A stretch of 64,000 nucleotides of DNA, from contig JACNGE010000011.1 in NCBI GenBank assembly GCA_014384285.1, forward strand, positions 20,617 to 84,616. The letters are read 5' to 3'. Of the stretch, positions 18,518 through 28,322 are shown piece after piece. The notes below the pieces were generated by a model that worked only from the letters and a program-made list of their open reading frames with translations, was not told the DNA's origin and ran no database searches. The stretch's first letter is position 1; the number at the start of each line of letters is the position of its first letter. The translations under genes and the position numbers were made by a program. The DNA comes from Actinomycetota bacterium. Its GTDB lineage: Bacteria > Actinomycetota > Acidimicrobiia > Actinomarinales > Actinomarinaceae.

Positions 18518-19156
18518 ATGAAGTTTTTAAAAATCACACTCTTATTAATATTGATATCATGCACAGCAACAGCAGAAACTGCTGAGGAAGAGATAACTAT
18601 GAAAACCCAAAATGATGAATTGAATAATACTGAAAACCAAAAAGCATATTTTGCTGGTGGGTGTTTTTGGTGTATGGAGCCACCATTCGAAGCATTGGAA
18701 GGTGTTCTTGGTGCAACTTCTGGGTACATGGGTGGAACAATGGATAATCCGACTTATGAAGATGTTGTAACTGGCGAAACAGGACATGCTGAGGTTGTCG
18801 AAATATTGTATGATCCAAACGTTGTGTCTTATGAAGAATTACTTGAAGTGTTTTGGAGAAACATTGATCCAACTGCTTTAAATTATCAGTTTGCAGATGT
18901 AGGTTCTCAATATAGAACTGAAATTTTCACTGTAGGAGAAAATCAAATGCAGTTGGCAGAAACATCAAAGAAAGAATTGGGAGATTCAGGAAAGTTTGAC
19001 AAACCAATTGTTACTGCAATCTCAGCTGCCCCGATGTTTTATATTGCTGAAGAATATCATCAAGATTTCTATAAAAAGCAGGCTATGCGTTATGAGATGT
19101 ACGCAAAGGCAAGTGGACGAAAAGGGTATATTGAGGAAACTTGGGGTAATGACTAG
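18518..19156 (+). CDS. msrA: peptide methionine sulfoxide reductase MsrA, with an N-terminal signal peptide
   Basis: 212 aa. Signal-like MKFLKITLLLILISCTATA, then AYFAGGCFWCMEP (GCFWC active site) and ..EYHQDFY.. Confidence 0.85.
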   Translation: MKFLKITLLLILISCTATAETAEEEITMKTQNDELNNTENQKAYFAGGCFWCMEPPFEALEGVLGATSGYMGGTMDNPTYEDVVTGETGHAEVVEILYDPNVVSYEELLEVFWRNIDPTALNYQFADVGSQYRTEIFTVGENQMQLAETSKKELGDSGKFDKPIVTAISAAPMFYIAEEYHQDFYKKQAMRYEMYAKASGRKGYIEETWGND

Positions 19157-20118
19157 TTACGAATAGTTTTATATAGCGTTTCTTTCCACTCACTACTATT
19201 AATCTCCCAAATAACATTTATATTTCTTTTTGTATGGCTCCAATGCTCGTCAATATGGGGATCGCTCTCACCAACATGTAGTTGATCAACGATTGTCATC
19301 CCTCTAGCTGGACCATCAATTACAACTTGTACATTGTGTCTTGAAGCTTTTGTAGTTACCTCTGGGTTTAGAGCTACTGCCATGGCTACTGGATCTGGTA
19401 ATCCAAGACCAGGATCACCTAACCAATTTTGACTTGAATCAAGAGCATGTTTGTTACAATCAATAGTGAAGTCTGCTTTTTCTGTCTTAAAACTATACGC
19501 TAAATCCATTTCCTCTTCTGTTAAATTTGCTTCGCCCCTACAAAGTTCCCAACCAACCATTGTTATGTCATGATGATTAGACTTAAAAACAGTGTCTGCT
19601 GCTTCAGGGTCACACCATATGTTGTACTCTGCTGCTGGGGTTACATTCCCAACTGTATTAGAAGCACCTCCCATAATGACAATGTTTTTTAACTTTAAAA
19701 AAGACTCTGGATACTTTTTTATAAAATTTGATATGTTTGTTAGTGGCCCAAGCGTAACTAGTGTTATCTCATCAGGATTTTCAATAATGTGATTATTTAA
19801 AACCTCTATAAAGTCCTTGTCTGTTTCTTTAAGTTTTGGTGCAGGATAATTCATGTTGCCCATTCCGTCAGGTCCATGGAACCAATCGGCATGCTCTCTT
19901 TTTTTTACTAGAGGCGCGTCTGCCCCAACGTAAACAGGAACATCTTTCTTGCAAAGCTCAACGGTATACCTTGCATTAATACTTCCCTGCTCGACTGACA
20001 TATTTCCTGAAACAATGCTAATTCCCAAAACTTCAACATCATCCCATTCAAGAGCCATTAATAATGCAACCGCATCATCGGATGCAGTATCTGTATCGAT
20101 AAAATATTTATTTTTCAT
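19153..20118 (-). CDS. inosine-uridine preferring nucleoside hydrolase family protein (IU-NH)
   Basis: 321 aa. N-terminal DTDTASDDAVAL (the DXDXXXDD Ca2+/ribose site) and overall IU-NH collinearity. Confidence 0.8.
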   Translation of the reverse strand: MKNKYFIDTDTASDDAVALLMALEWDDVEVLGISIVSGNMSVEQGSINARYTVELCKKDVPVYVGADAPLVKKREHADWFHGPDGMGNMNYPAPKLKETDKDFIEVLNNHIIENPDEITLVTLGPLTNISNFIKKYPESFLKLKNIVIMGGASNTVGNVTPAAEYNIWCDPEAADTVFKSNHHDITMVGWELCRGEANLTEEEMDLAYSFKTEKADFTIDCNKHALDSSQNWLGDPGLGLPDPVAMAVALNPEVTTKASRHNVQVVIDGPARGMTIVDQLHVGESDPHIDEHWSHTKRNINVIWEINSSEWKETLYKTIRN

Positions 20119-20186
20119 ATGCTATAAAGGATATCAAAAGTAACTAAAAGATTCTTTTAAATTAATAACTAGTTTTAGAGTCTAGA

Positions 20187-21044
20187 TTATCGACTATTTG
20201 CTTTTTTTAAATTTATAAAATTTGCAAAAATGATTAAGGCTGCACCAAAGTAAATAAAAATATCACCCTGTTCTGAATAAAATAGTACCCCTATTGAGAC
20301 AACAATCGGTAACCTTAATAAGTCGATTGGGGCAACTACTGTTGGGGGTGCAAGTGATAAAGCTGTTGTTATACAATAGTGGGCACCTAAACCAGCAAAT
20401 CCAATTACTACAATCCATGCTATATTTTCGTTCGTTGGTATATCTAACTTTCCATCTAGAAGAGATGTGATTAAACCAAATATTAACTGGATCGTGGTTA
20501 AGAAGAATAGAATAGTTAGAGTTGACTCAGTTCTTGTGAGTCTTCTTGTGTAAATATTCGTTAGTGCAAAGACAATTGCAGAGATTGCTGCAGCAACTAA
20601 TCCTAGATTAATCCTTTCAATATCTGGTCTTACCGTAATTAATACACCAATAAACCCAATAAACACAGACAATATTTTATATTTATCCAGTTGCTCATTA
20701 AGCATTAAGTATGAAAACAAAACTATCCAAATAGGCATTGTAAATTCTAGTGAAGTTACTTCAGCAAGAGTGATTGATGCCAATGCATAGAGCCAAAGAT
20801 TCTGACCAGTAAAATGAAAAATATTCCTTTTAAGGTGTGTTCTTATCTCTTTTAAGTTAACTTCGTGGAGTAAGTCCTTCTTTATTAGAAAAAATAAAAT
20901 AATAGATACACCTATTACACTTCTATAAAATAAAATTTCAAAAGTATCTATTTGGAGTGAAATCTCTTTTCCAGCAACTGCCATCGAGGTGAGAAAAAAA
21001 ACTCCACCAACCATCCATAAAGAGCCCTTTATTGTATCAGTCAT
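20187..21044 (-). CDS. DMT superfamily (EamA-like) transporter
   Basis: 285 aa, ~10 TM helices, duplicated 5-TM halves. Confidence 0.5.
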   Translation of the reverse strand: MTDTIKGSLWMVGGVFFLTSMAVAGKEISLQIDTFEILFYRSVIGVSIILFFLIKKDLLHEVNLKEIRTHLKRNIFHFTGQNLWLYALASITLAEVTSLEFTMPIWIVLFSYLMLNEQLDKYKILSVFIGFIGVLITVRPDIERINLGLVAAAISAIVFALTNIYTRRLTRTESTLTILFFLTTIQLIFGLITSLLDGKLDIPTNENIAWIVVIGFAGLGAHYCITTALSLAPPTVVAPIDLLRLPIVVSIGVLFYSEQGDIFIYFGAALIIFANFINLKKANSR

Positions 21045-21156
21045 TGGCTACAGATTTGCATCAGTTTATCAAAACTACATAAGTTGCTCTTAGTTCGAAT
21101 TCTACGGACCATTACACACACCATAATCGTATACAAACTCTTAAGTGAATGATCAC

Positions 21157-21744
21157 CTATAAACTTCCACAATATTTTCTTAAAACGCCTGTGGGATAAC
21201 TGTCGCTGACAACAAAATCGGGATCTGGTGTTAGGGTGTTCTGAGATTTTGAAGATAAAAGGTCTCTGTATTCATCAGAAGTTCTCCAGAATTTAATACT
21301 GTACTCTTGATTTTCATCCCACCATTGAACTTCATCTTGAATGGTCCAGTTATTTCCGATTGAAACTAAGTGTTTTTCAAGAGCTGTATTAGCATTTTTC
21401 GAATCTTCGAAATTTCCATAAAAGCCATTGATTAGACTTTGTAAATCTAAATTATTAATTTCATAGTTGGTAAGAATACTATCTAGGCCATTAAGTCCTA
21501 TTTTGTTAATTCTTAAAGCTTCATACACATAATCTAGTTTTGTAGCGTCGACGTAAGAGTATGTTTTATATATTTCACTTTCGTATGCTTCAATCTGAAT
21601 TACATCAAATATTTTTTCAATCTCATCAGCTAGCTCAATACAGTTATTTATTTTATTATCACTATCTGAAATTGTGTTTGTTGTACAGAAACTAAAAAAA
21701 ATTGAAAGTATTAATACTTTATGAATCAATTTTTTCTTTAACAT
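21157..21744 (-). CDS. hypothetical lipoprotein
   Basis: 195 aa. Signal peptide with lipobox-like ..FFSFC. No known domain. Confidence 0.35.
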   Translation of the reverse strand: MLKKKLIHKVLILSIFFSFCTTNTISDSDNKINNCIELADEIEKIFDVIQIEAYESEIYKTYSYVDATKLDYVYEALRINKIGLNGLDSILTNYEINNLDLQSLINGFYGNFEDSKNANTALEKHLVSIGNNWTIQDEVQWWDENQEYSIKFWRTSDEYRDLLSSKSQNTLTPDPDFVVSDSYPTGVLRKYCGSL

Positions 21745-22909
21745 GCCATCCTTTATTGAATGGTATTAGAAAAAGAGGGATAATCGTAAATATTAAGAAA
21801 AGATTTTTTGCGTTATCCAACGAATAATACTCAATCATATATCCAAAAAGACTTGATCCTAAAGCGATTCCAAATCCTACAGAACTAGCCAACCACGAAT
21901 ATGCTTCAGTCAAAACACTACTTTTTGTTACGTTTGATACATAACTGTTTGCAAGTAAAAATATCGGACCTATACCTAGACCGCAAAGAAAGCCTGAGGC
22001 TAAAAATAAATTTTTTGTGTCAAAAAAGAAAAATGTTGATACTGATAAAGCTAGATATATAAAAACAATATTGTAATTTTTTAAATTTTTAGTATTACTG
22101 AAATAATATCCGTAAAATAACGCGCTAAAAAGTGCTGTTGATCCATTAACTAGATAATAAAATGCGGTTAAATTTTTAATACTCTCTATATCTTCCTTCG
22201 CGACAACGTAAATAGAGATAGAACTCAATGATGCACCTACAAATATTAATGTTGTCAGTAGTGGTAGTTTATTTTTAGAGATCCATATAGATGTTTTTTC
22301 ATTTATTGAACTTGGTATATTGGCAATTTCGATTGACCTAGAAAACACAACTCCTATAGTCCCTATTACCGAGCTTACGATTGCTATGTAGAGAGCAATT
22401 ATGGGATTTAAATAATTTGATACTGTTGCAAAAACAGATGGACCTACTAAGAAGTTGAGTTCATCAATTGAAGACTCTATAGCTTGAACTTTTTGATTAT
22501 CTGTTTCTTCAGTGATTGCTTTCCAATTTCTTCTTGTATACGCACCAACGGCTGGAACCGTAATCCCAAGAAATACAGATAAAAAAATGTATACTATGTC
22601 TTTATCAAATTCTCCAATAGTTATTAAAAATGAACTAAAAACAAATCCAGTAAGTAAAAAACTTACAACCTTTCTTTGGCCAATTTTGTCTACAAGCCTT
22701 CCATTCAGAGGTTGGATTAATGCATTAGAGATACTGAAGCCAGCTGCCATAGCTCCACCAACTGCATAAGAACCCGTCTTATAATTTCCAAATATGACCA
22801 TACCTACCTGAAGCATTGAATAAGGTGCCCTCCCAAGGTATCCAAAAAATATTAGATTTTTTGCACCTTTAAGATTTATAAGAGTTTTATAAGTAGATTC
22901 TTTGAACAC
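21719..22909 (-). CDS. MFS-type transporter
   Basis: 396 aa, ~12 TM helices, MFS-like topology. Overlaps the lipoprotein gene by 26 nt on the same strand. Confidence 0.55.
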   Translation of the reverse strand: MFKESTYKTLINLKGAKNLIFFGYLGRAPYSMLQVGMVIFGNYKTGSYAVGGAMAAGFSISNALIQPLNGRLVDKIGQRKVVSFLLTGFVFSSFLITIGEFDKDIVYIFLSVFLGITVPAVGAYTRRNWKAITEETDNQKVQAIESSIDELNFLVGPSVFATVSNYLNPIIALYIAIVSSVIGTIGVVFSRSIEIANIPSSINEKTSIWISKNKLPLLTTLIFVGASLSSISIYVVAKEDIESIKNLTAFYYLVNGSTALFSALFYGYYFSNTKNLKNYNIVFIYLALSVSTFFFFDTKNLFLASGFLCGLGIGPIFLLANSYVSNVTKSSVLTEAYSWLASSVGFGIALGSSLFGYMIEYYSLDNAKNLFLIFTIIPLFLIPFNKGWHVKEKIDS

Positions 22910-22954
22910 TTATACATTGTTGTACGCTTTTCGATTTAGATGTGATTTAAAATA

Positions 22955-23941
22955 TCACCTTAAAGATTTTCTTAATAAATTCATAAATTTATCTTTATCT
23001 GACTTTGTTACAACTCTTATATTCTGATTTTTTTCTTCTACATTGAAATAATCGACTATTGTTTGTCCTCTAGTAATCCCATCTCTGGTGTCAACTATTA
23101 CATGTAGCTGCTCAGAATCTTCAATAATTGAATTATCTAAAGCAATAGCCATAGTGATGGGATCTGGTAAATCAAATCCATGAAAACCATATGTTGTAAA
23201 AGTTAGATCAATAAGTGTTTTTTGAATATCAACTGAAAAATCAGCTAACTTACTTTTTAGAGATCTTAAATCTTCAATCTCATCTTCTTTAAGCATCGCA
23301 TATTTATAGGAATTGTCCCAACCAACCATTGTTATATTCATACCTGAGTCAAAACATATTTTTGCAGCTTCTGGATCCACCCAGATGTTATATTCAGCTG
23401 CAGCTGATACATTACCTGTCCCATCAGAAGTTCCGCCCATTACATAACAATGTTTTATTTTTTTTGATATTGATGAATCTTTCTGAATAGCTAGAGCAAT
23501 ATTTGTGAGTGGTCCGAGAGTTACAAGAGTTATATCATTAAGATTTTCGTTAATTGTATCTATTATAAAATCTATTGCATTTTTTTCTTCATACTCTTCC
23601 GTTGAAGACTTTATACCTATATCACCCATTCCATCTATACCATGAACACACTGACCGCTTGCAGAGCTAGATTTTAATGATTTTACATGCTCCATAAATT
23701 TCTCTAATACATATACCTCCTCGTAATCTCTTGTTAAAGGTTTGTCTGCGCCGGCAAATACTTTTACTTTTTTTTCAGTCATATCGATGGTTGAAATAGT
23801 ATTTTTAATTCCCTGTTGTAACGGAACATTTCCTGATACAACTGATATTCCTAAGATTTCAATTGAAGGATCTTGGAGTGCTAACAATATAGCTACAGCA
23901 TCATCTGATCCCGTATCTGCATCTATTATAAACTTTTTCAA
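22955..23941 (-). CDS. nucleoside hydrolase family protein, second copy (IU-NH)
   Basis: 328 aa. N-terminal IDADTGSDDAVAILLAL (DXDXXXDD) and ..VTLGPLTNIALA.. / ..MVGWDN.. core motifs. Confidence 0.8.
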   Translation of the reverse strand: MKKFIIDADTGSDDAVAILLALQDPSIEILGISVVSGNVPLQQGIKNTISTIDMTEKKVKVFAGADKPLTRDYEEVYVLEKFMEHVKSLKSSSASGQCVHGIDGMGDIGIKSSTEEYEEKNAIDFIIDTINENLNDITLVTLGPLTNIALAIQKDSSISKKIKHCYVMGGTSDGTGNVSAAAEYNIWVDPEAAKICFDSGMNITMVGWDNSYKYAMLKEDEIEDLRSLKSKLADFSVDIQKTLIDLTFTTYGFHGFDLPDPITMAIALDNSIIEDSEQLHVIVDTRDGITRGQTIVDYFNVEEKNQNIRVVTKSDKDKFMNLLRKSLR

Positions 23942-23942
23942 A

Positions 23943-25013
23943 TTAGTACATCGTTGTAACAGTTAGGTGATGAGGTCTGTGGGTAGCATGATATTGTTTC
24001 CATAATCTGTAATCAAGTTGGGGGATTATTATTTGTTTATCTAACGGTCTTCTTTTATTAACCTCTTCAGTAAGTTTTGCTGTTGTGTATAAACTTACAG
24101 CTCTAATTTCGACCTCTTCTCGGGAATCCCTCTCTATTAGCTCACCATTCATAATTTTATTATTTAATGTTTCTGAATATGTAATAATTTTCATTACTTC
24201 TAGCGCAACAGGTACAATGTAATCTGCAAATGCGCTCATTTTATGCATATCTTCAACCACAAAATGGCCCGCTCCAGAGAGTTCTCCATGAATTCCCCAA
24301 AAGGCCAACTGAGCTAACTTATAAAAATGGACTTCATGTCCATCTTCAAGAATTGTTTTATCATCAAATCTTGGGAATTCAGTAATTAATCTTTCAATTA
24401 AACCCTCGCCATTACTGTACAATTTCTTGGGGCCTTGATTTATAAAGTTAATCCAATCACCTTTATATTCAGAGGATAACTTTTCTCCGACCTCATTTAA
24501 TATTTCTAACCTTTCACTCATCATTGGCATTTCAATATTTCCAGAAAATATTTTATTCAATTCGTCCATGTCTAAAGATGAAAGTACCCCGCCATCATAA
24601 AGCTTTATACCAGATGCAAGAGCCTCATTTATCTGCGTAAACATAGCCTCACTATCTGAAAAAATATATCCATCCCGTTCAATTTCATATTTAATACTCT
24701 TTTCAAAGTCTGTAAAAGCAAAATTAAGAATATTTATAAGAAGTGTTGTTCTAATTACTTCCTCAGGATTTTTTTTTGTTTTATTATTTTGAGGAGATGG
24801 AAATTCTTCATATGCAAGCCAATCGGCAACATTTTCAATTTCTTGATTGTTTATTTGAATTTCTCTAAGATTGTTGATAACAGGATTAAGAGAACTTAAT
24901 ACTTTTGCATCCCAATCAATATCCATATTTAAAATCATACTAGAAATGATTCTCAGATGGGGATATAATCTAATGATGAATCCTAAAATATGTGTGGTTG
25001 GAAGCTCCAACAT
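23943..25013 (-). CDS. hypothetical protein; possibly a DUF2419/Qng1-like queuosine-salvage hydrolase (speculative)
   Basis: ~330-356 aa. Start is ambiguous: the internal Mets near 24938/24926 are more likely, because the long ORF overlaps the divergent ribokinase start. No motif I can verify. Context is nucleoside hydrolases plus ribokinase. Confidence 0.4.
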   Translation of the reverse strand: MLELPTTHILGFIIRLYPHLRIISSMILNMDIDWDAKVLSSLNPVINNLREIQINNQEIENVADWLAYEEFPSPQNNKTKKNPEEVIRTTLLINILNFAFTDFEKSIKYEIERDGYIFSDSEAMFTQINEALASGIKLYDGGVLSSLDMDELNKIFSGNIEMPMMSERLEILNEVGEKLSSEYKGDWINFINQGPKKLYSNGEGLIERLITEFPRFDDKTILEDGHEVHFYKLAQLAFWGIHGELSGAGHFVVEDMHKMSAFADYIVPVALEVMKIITYSETLNNKIMNGELIERDSREEVEIRAVSLYTTAKLTEEVNKRRPLDKQIIIPQLDYRLWKQYHATHRPHHLTVTTMY

Positions 25014-25848
25014 TGACCAAATTTCCTATGTAGAAACGATACCCTCAGACGGAGAAACTGTTTTTGGTAATTCTTATCAGATGGGTTTTGGCGGCAAGGG
25101 TGCTAATCAGGCAGTGATGGCTGGACTGTTAGGTGCCGAGACTTTCATGATTACCTGCCTTGGTGATGATATTTATGCAGATATGACAATTGACAATTAC
25201 ATCAAATGTGGTGTGAATGTGGAGCATGTTCAAAGGGTAGATGGTTCAAGTGGCGTTGCGCCAATTTGGGTCGACAAATCTGGACAAAATAGAATAATTG
25301 TAGTTTCTGGAGCAAATGAGAAAATTGATGCGAAAAAAGCTGCTTCCTCATTACTGGAAATAGAAGATTTAAATGTATTAATAGGCCAATTTGAAATACC
25401 TATGAGTGTTACACAGGAGGTATTTTCAGTTGCAAAGAATAATGGTATTAAAACAATACTTAATCCAGCACCCGCAAAAATTCCCTCAGATGAATTAATG
25501 CAACTAACCGATTGGTTTGTCCCAAATGAAGTAGAGTTCTCAACAATTACGGGAACAGATGCTTATAACGATGACAACTTAATCTCATATGCAAATACAA
25601 TTTCATCTAATCTAATTGTTACCCTTGGGGGAAATGGAGCAGCACTTGTTTCAGAAAATTCAGTAGTAAAAATATCAGCTCCAAATGTTTCTGCTGTTGA
25701 CACGACTGGTGCGGGTGATGCATTTGTTGGTGCCTTTGCTTTTGGGTTAGCATCAGGAGAGTCTCCAGAAGAATCAATATCTCTAGGTGTTAAAAAAGCA
25801 AGTGACTCCGTTACAAGAGCTGGGACACAATCTTCATACAAGGCTTAA
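24973..25848 (+). CDS. rbsK: ribokinase (PfkB family)
   Basis: MMNPKICVVGSSNIDQ N-terminus, GFGGKGANQAVMA (ribokinase GG/anion-hole motif), and C-terminal DTTGAGDAFVGAF. The ORF as listed starts earlier, at 24871. Confidence 0.8.
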   Translation: MMNPKICVVGSSNIDQISYVETIPSDGETVFGNSYQMGFGGKGANQAVMAGLLGAETFMITCLGDDIYADMTIDNYIKCGVNVEHVQRVDGSSGVAPIWVDKSGQNRIIVVSGANEKIDAKKAASSLLEIEDLNVLIGQFEIPMSVTQEVFSVAKNNGIKTILNPAPAKIPSDELMQLTDWFVPNEVEFSTITGTDAYNDDNLISYANTISSNLIVTLGGNGAALVSENSVVKISAPNVSAVDTTGAGDAFVGAFAFGLASGESPEESISLGVKKASDSVTRAGTQSSYKA

Positions 25849-25854
25849 ATTAAG

Positions 25855-26127
25855 ATGGTAGTAGTTCCTCTAAGTCAGCAGTACATCATACTTTTAGCAC
25901 TTGTAGGTATCTTTATTGTGTTTTTGATAGAAGATAGAAGATTAAAAAATAAAAATCACATATTAAATAAAATTTTTCACTATTTTCCTAATTACAATAG
26001 TGATTTACGTGTTGGATTTTCTCTTATAACAATTTCTGCAATTTGTGCTATTTTCGGGGTTTATCTATACACTTCATTAGTAGTTTTAGCTGGAGGGCTC
26101 ATTTTCCTTTACAAGGGAAGAAATTAA
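25855..26127 (+). CDS. small membrane protein (hypothetical)
   Basis: 90 aa, three hydrophobic segments. Confidence 0.3.
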   Translation: MVVVPLSQQYIILLALVGIFIVFLIEDRRLKNKNHILNKIFHYFPNYNSDLRVGFSLITISAICAIFGVYLYTSLVVLAGGLIFLYKGRN

Positions 26128-27398
26128 GAATCTTTAAGCCAGAATCTAACTTTTGGTAATACGGGGTCTATTAATTTAAAAATAACTATTCCAACCCCTA
26201 TAGTTGCTGAACTCATGGAAAGTATCAAGATTAATGAGACAACACTGTATGAGTTAAAAAAACCTACTAATAGTGGGACAATAATGAATATGGGTACTCT
26301 GAAAGCAGTGAGCATTGCGTTAGTATTTCCAGCATCACCAACATCTCCGAGCTCTACTGCTAAGTTACTCTGTGATGTATTAAAGATGCCGAGACCTAGG
26401 CCCGCAAATATAAATATAAGATTCTGAAAGTTTGAGCCGCCATAAATAAAGATTGCGCTTGCTGCAAAATGCATACTAAGTCCAAGTATGTATGTGTACT
26501 TAAACCCAATTCTGATTCCTATAATTGGAACAAAAAAACTTCCTATGCTTTGACTTAATAATAAAAGTGTCACCCACATACCTAATCTATTTGTTGGTAT
26601 GTCGTAAAAGCTAATTAACCAAATACTAAAAAATGGAGTGATTGCCTCAGGTATAGCACTAAAAAAATTTGATAAAGATACTGCCTTAAGACCTGTATTA
26701 TTTTTATATATATGTTTCCACATATTCAATTGGTCTCTTAAAGCTACAATTGAAATTTTTGTACTTGACTTAGAACCCGTTTGAGGTTCTCGTATTAATA
26801 AAAGGGGAATCATTGAAATACTCGTGATCCCTATCACCAACATTAATCCAGATAGATAGCCCTCTATTAAGCCACTTTCAGCAATCCTTAAATCAACATA
26901 TCTTGAAACTAAATATCCTGCAGCAGAACCAAAAGTTAGATTTAGTGCAAAAAATACTGATCTAAATTTATAAAGTACTCGAGATACAAGATCAAAATAT
27001 GAGGGAAGGATGGCTCCAGCGCTAAATACAAAAATTATATAAGCTATCACAAAAAAAATAAATCCCATTTTATATGTTGAGTAATTGCTCAAGGTTAAAG
27101 CTAGAAGTATTATTCCAAATCTCTCACAAATACCCCAAAAAATAACTCCTCTCTTTGAGTCTTGTTCAATATTTCTTCTTGCAGATGTTAAAAATTGTGA
27201 AAAAATTCCTACAGCATAAAAAATAATTACAATCAAAGATGGAGTGTACCACTTATCGGAAATGGTCAACGCAACATCTGGTAGGTAGCTACCTGGAATT
27301 AAGAGTGCAAATGCTGATCCGAAACCAATCGCATCAAAGATAAACATGCAATAATTAAATACATAATTTTTTTTTATAAAATCTTGAGTATTAGCCAA
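26124..27398 (-). CDS. polytopic membrane transporter, MFS-like
   Basis: 424 aa, ~12 TM helices. Last gene of the minus-strand operon with the ECF T and PNP genes. Confidence 0.45.
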   Translation of the reverse strand: MANTQDFIKKNYVFNYCMFIFDAIGFGSAFALLIPGSYLPDVALTISDKWYTPSLIVIIFYAVGIFSQFLTSARRNIEQDSKRGVIFWGICERFGIILLALTLSNYSTYKMGFIFFVIAYIIFVFSAGAILPSYFDLVSRVLYKFRSVFFALNLTFGSAAGYLVSRYVDLRIAESGLIEGYLSGLMLVIGITSISMIPLLLIREPQTGSKSSTKISIVALRDQLNMWKHIYKNNTGLKAVSLSNFFSAIPEAITPFFSIWLISFYDIPTNRLGMWVTLLLLSQSIGSFFVPIIGIRIGFKYTYILGLSMHFAASAIFIYGGSNFQNLIFIFAGLGLGIFNTSQSNLAVELGDVGDAGNTNAMLTAFRVPIFIIVPLLVGFFNSYSVVSLILILSMSSATIGVGIVIFKLIDPVLPKVRFWLKDS

Positions 27399-27407
27399 TT
27401 GGTTTTA

Positions 27408-28322
27408 TTACTTTTTGCCAAAAAGTCTTATAGCAAATCCTGCTCCAAAAATTATTGTTAAAAAAGCAATTCCACAAAAGGCTACAATAAAAACTCCTAC
27501 GTTTGGACTAAGAGAAAATCCAGTACTTGGTATAAATGAATTTAAATTAAATTTTGCATACATGCTTAATATAATTGGCGTCAATGCGGAAATTGATAAA
27601 AAAGTATCTCTTTTTGAAAATTCTTTATACCTCATAAGAGTTCTCTCGTTTTTTGAACCGAATGCTCTTGTTTCCAAGCTCATTGATAATTGCTGAACTC
27701 TATCGATAGCTCCAGCAAACACTGGAATTATACTCGGCAAAAGAGCTTTGAAACCTTTAGCTTCCATAGCTCTTGATTTCTGTGCAGATAAAATAATAGA
27801 AAACTCTCTCTGCATTATTGGAATTAATTGCAGAGTTGTTGTAATCATAAAATTTACTGTATAGGGGACTTTAGCTCTTTGTAACGATGCTGATAATTCA
27901 CCTGGGTGGAGAGTCATCAGCATCAAAATTGACCAAGTAACAATGCACAAAATTCTACTACTGAATAACATTCCATAAATTATTGAGTCCGTATAAAGAG
28001 AAAATGGTCCCAATTCAGCTAAATATTGAGGGTTGTCAAAAACTGCAGGTGGAACTATAGACTGCAAAAAAATCATAGCAAAAGTTGCAGGTCCAAAGAC
28101 TACCATTGTTCTTAAGTAGCTAGGAAAAGTTTTTGCAAGGACTACCATAGCTATACCTATGAGAGCAACTCCATAATTTATATATGGATTTTTATTAAAA
28201 AAGCAAAAAAAGACAAAAGACAAAACCCAATAAAATTTAACAAAGGGATGGATTTTGTGAAAAAAAGAATCTCCGGGTACGTAAGCCCCAATTGGTACAC
28301 TAGGCATTGTCTTCCTCCTCAA
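27408..28322 (-). CDS. ecfT: ECF transporter transmembrane (T) component, CbiQ/EcfT family
   Basis: 304 aa membrane protein. C-terminal ..LSMSLETRAFGSKNERT.. matches the conserved EcfT Ala-Arg-Gly/Phe coupling-helix region. Confidence 0.6.
   Translation of the reverse strand: MRRKTMPSVPIGAYVPGDSFFHKIHPFVKFYWVLSFVFFCFFNKNPYINYGVALIGIAMVVLAKTFPSYLRTMVVFGPATFAMIFLQSIVPPAVFDNPQYLAELGPFSLYTDSIIYGMLFSSRILCIVTWSILMLMTLHPGELSASLQRAKVPYTVNFMITTTLQLIPIMQREFSIILSAQKSRAMEAKGFKALLPSIIPVFAGAIDRVQQLSMSLETRAFGSKNERTLMRYKEFSKRDTFLSISALTPIILSMYAKFNLNSFIPSTGFSLSPNVGVFIVAFCGIAFLTIIFGAGFAIRLFGKK

Noticed and set aside
21070-21110. tRNA or tRNA fragment suggested by GTTCGAATTC
   Set aside because: TTCGAA is self-complementary and common. 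No flanking 5-bp T-stem, acceptor stem or anticodon arm could be built on either strand.
24926-24976. Apparent overlap of divergent start codons (ribokinase versus the 23943-25013 gene) and other long 5' extensions, e.g. the 43051 ORF running into the MFS gene, the 49170 ORF into lysA, and the 39717 ORF into arsC
   Set aside because: Most likely artefacts of taking the longest ORF. Internal Met codons give non-overlapping, better-spaced starts: 24973 for rbsK, ~24938 for the divergent gene, 43650, 49841 and 39783.
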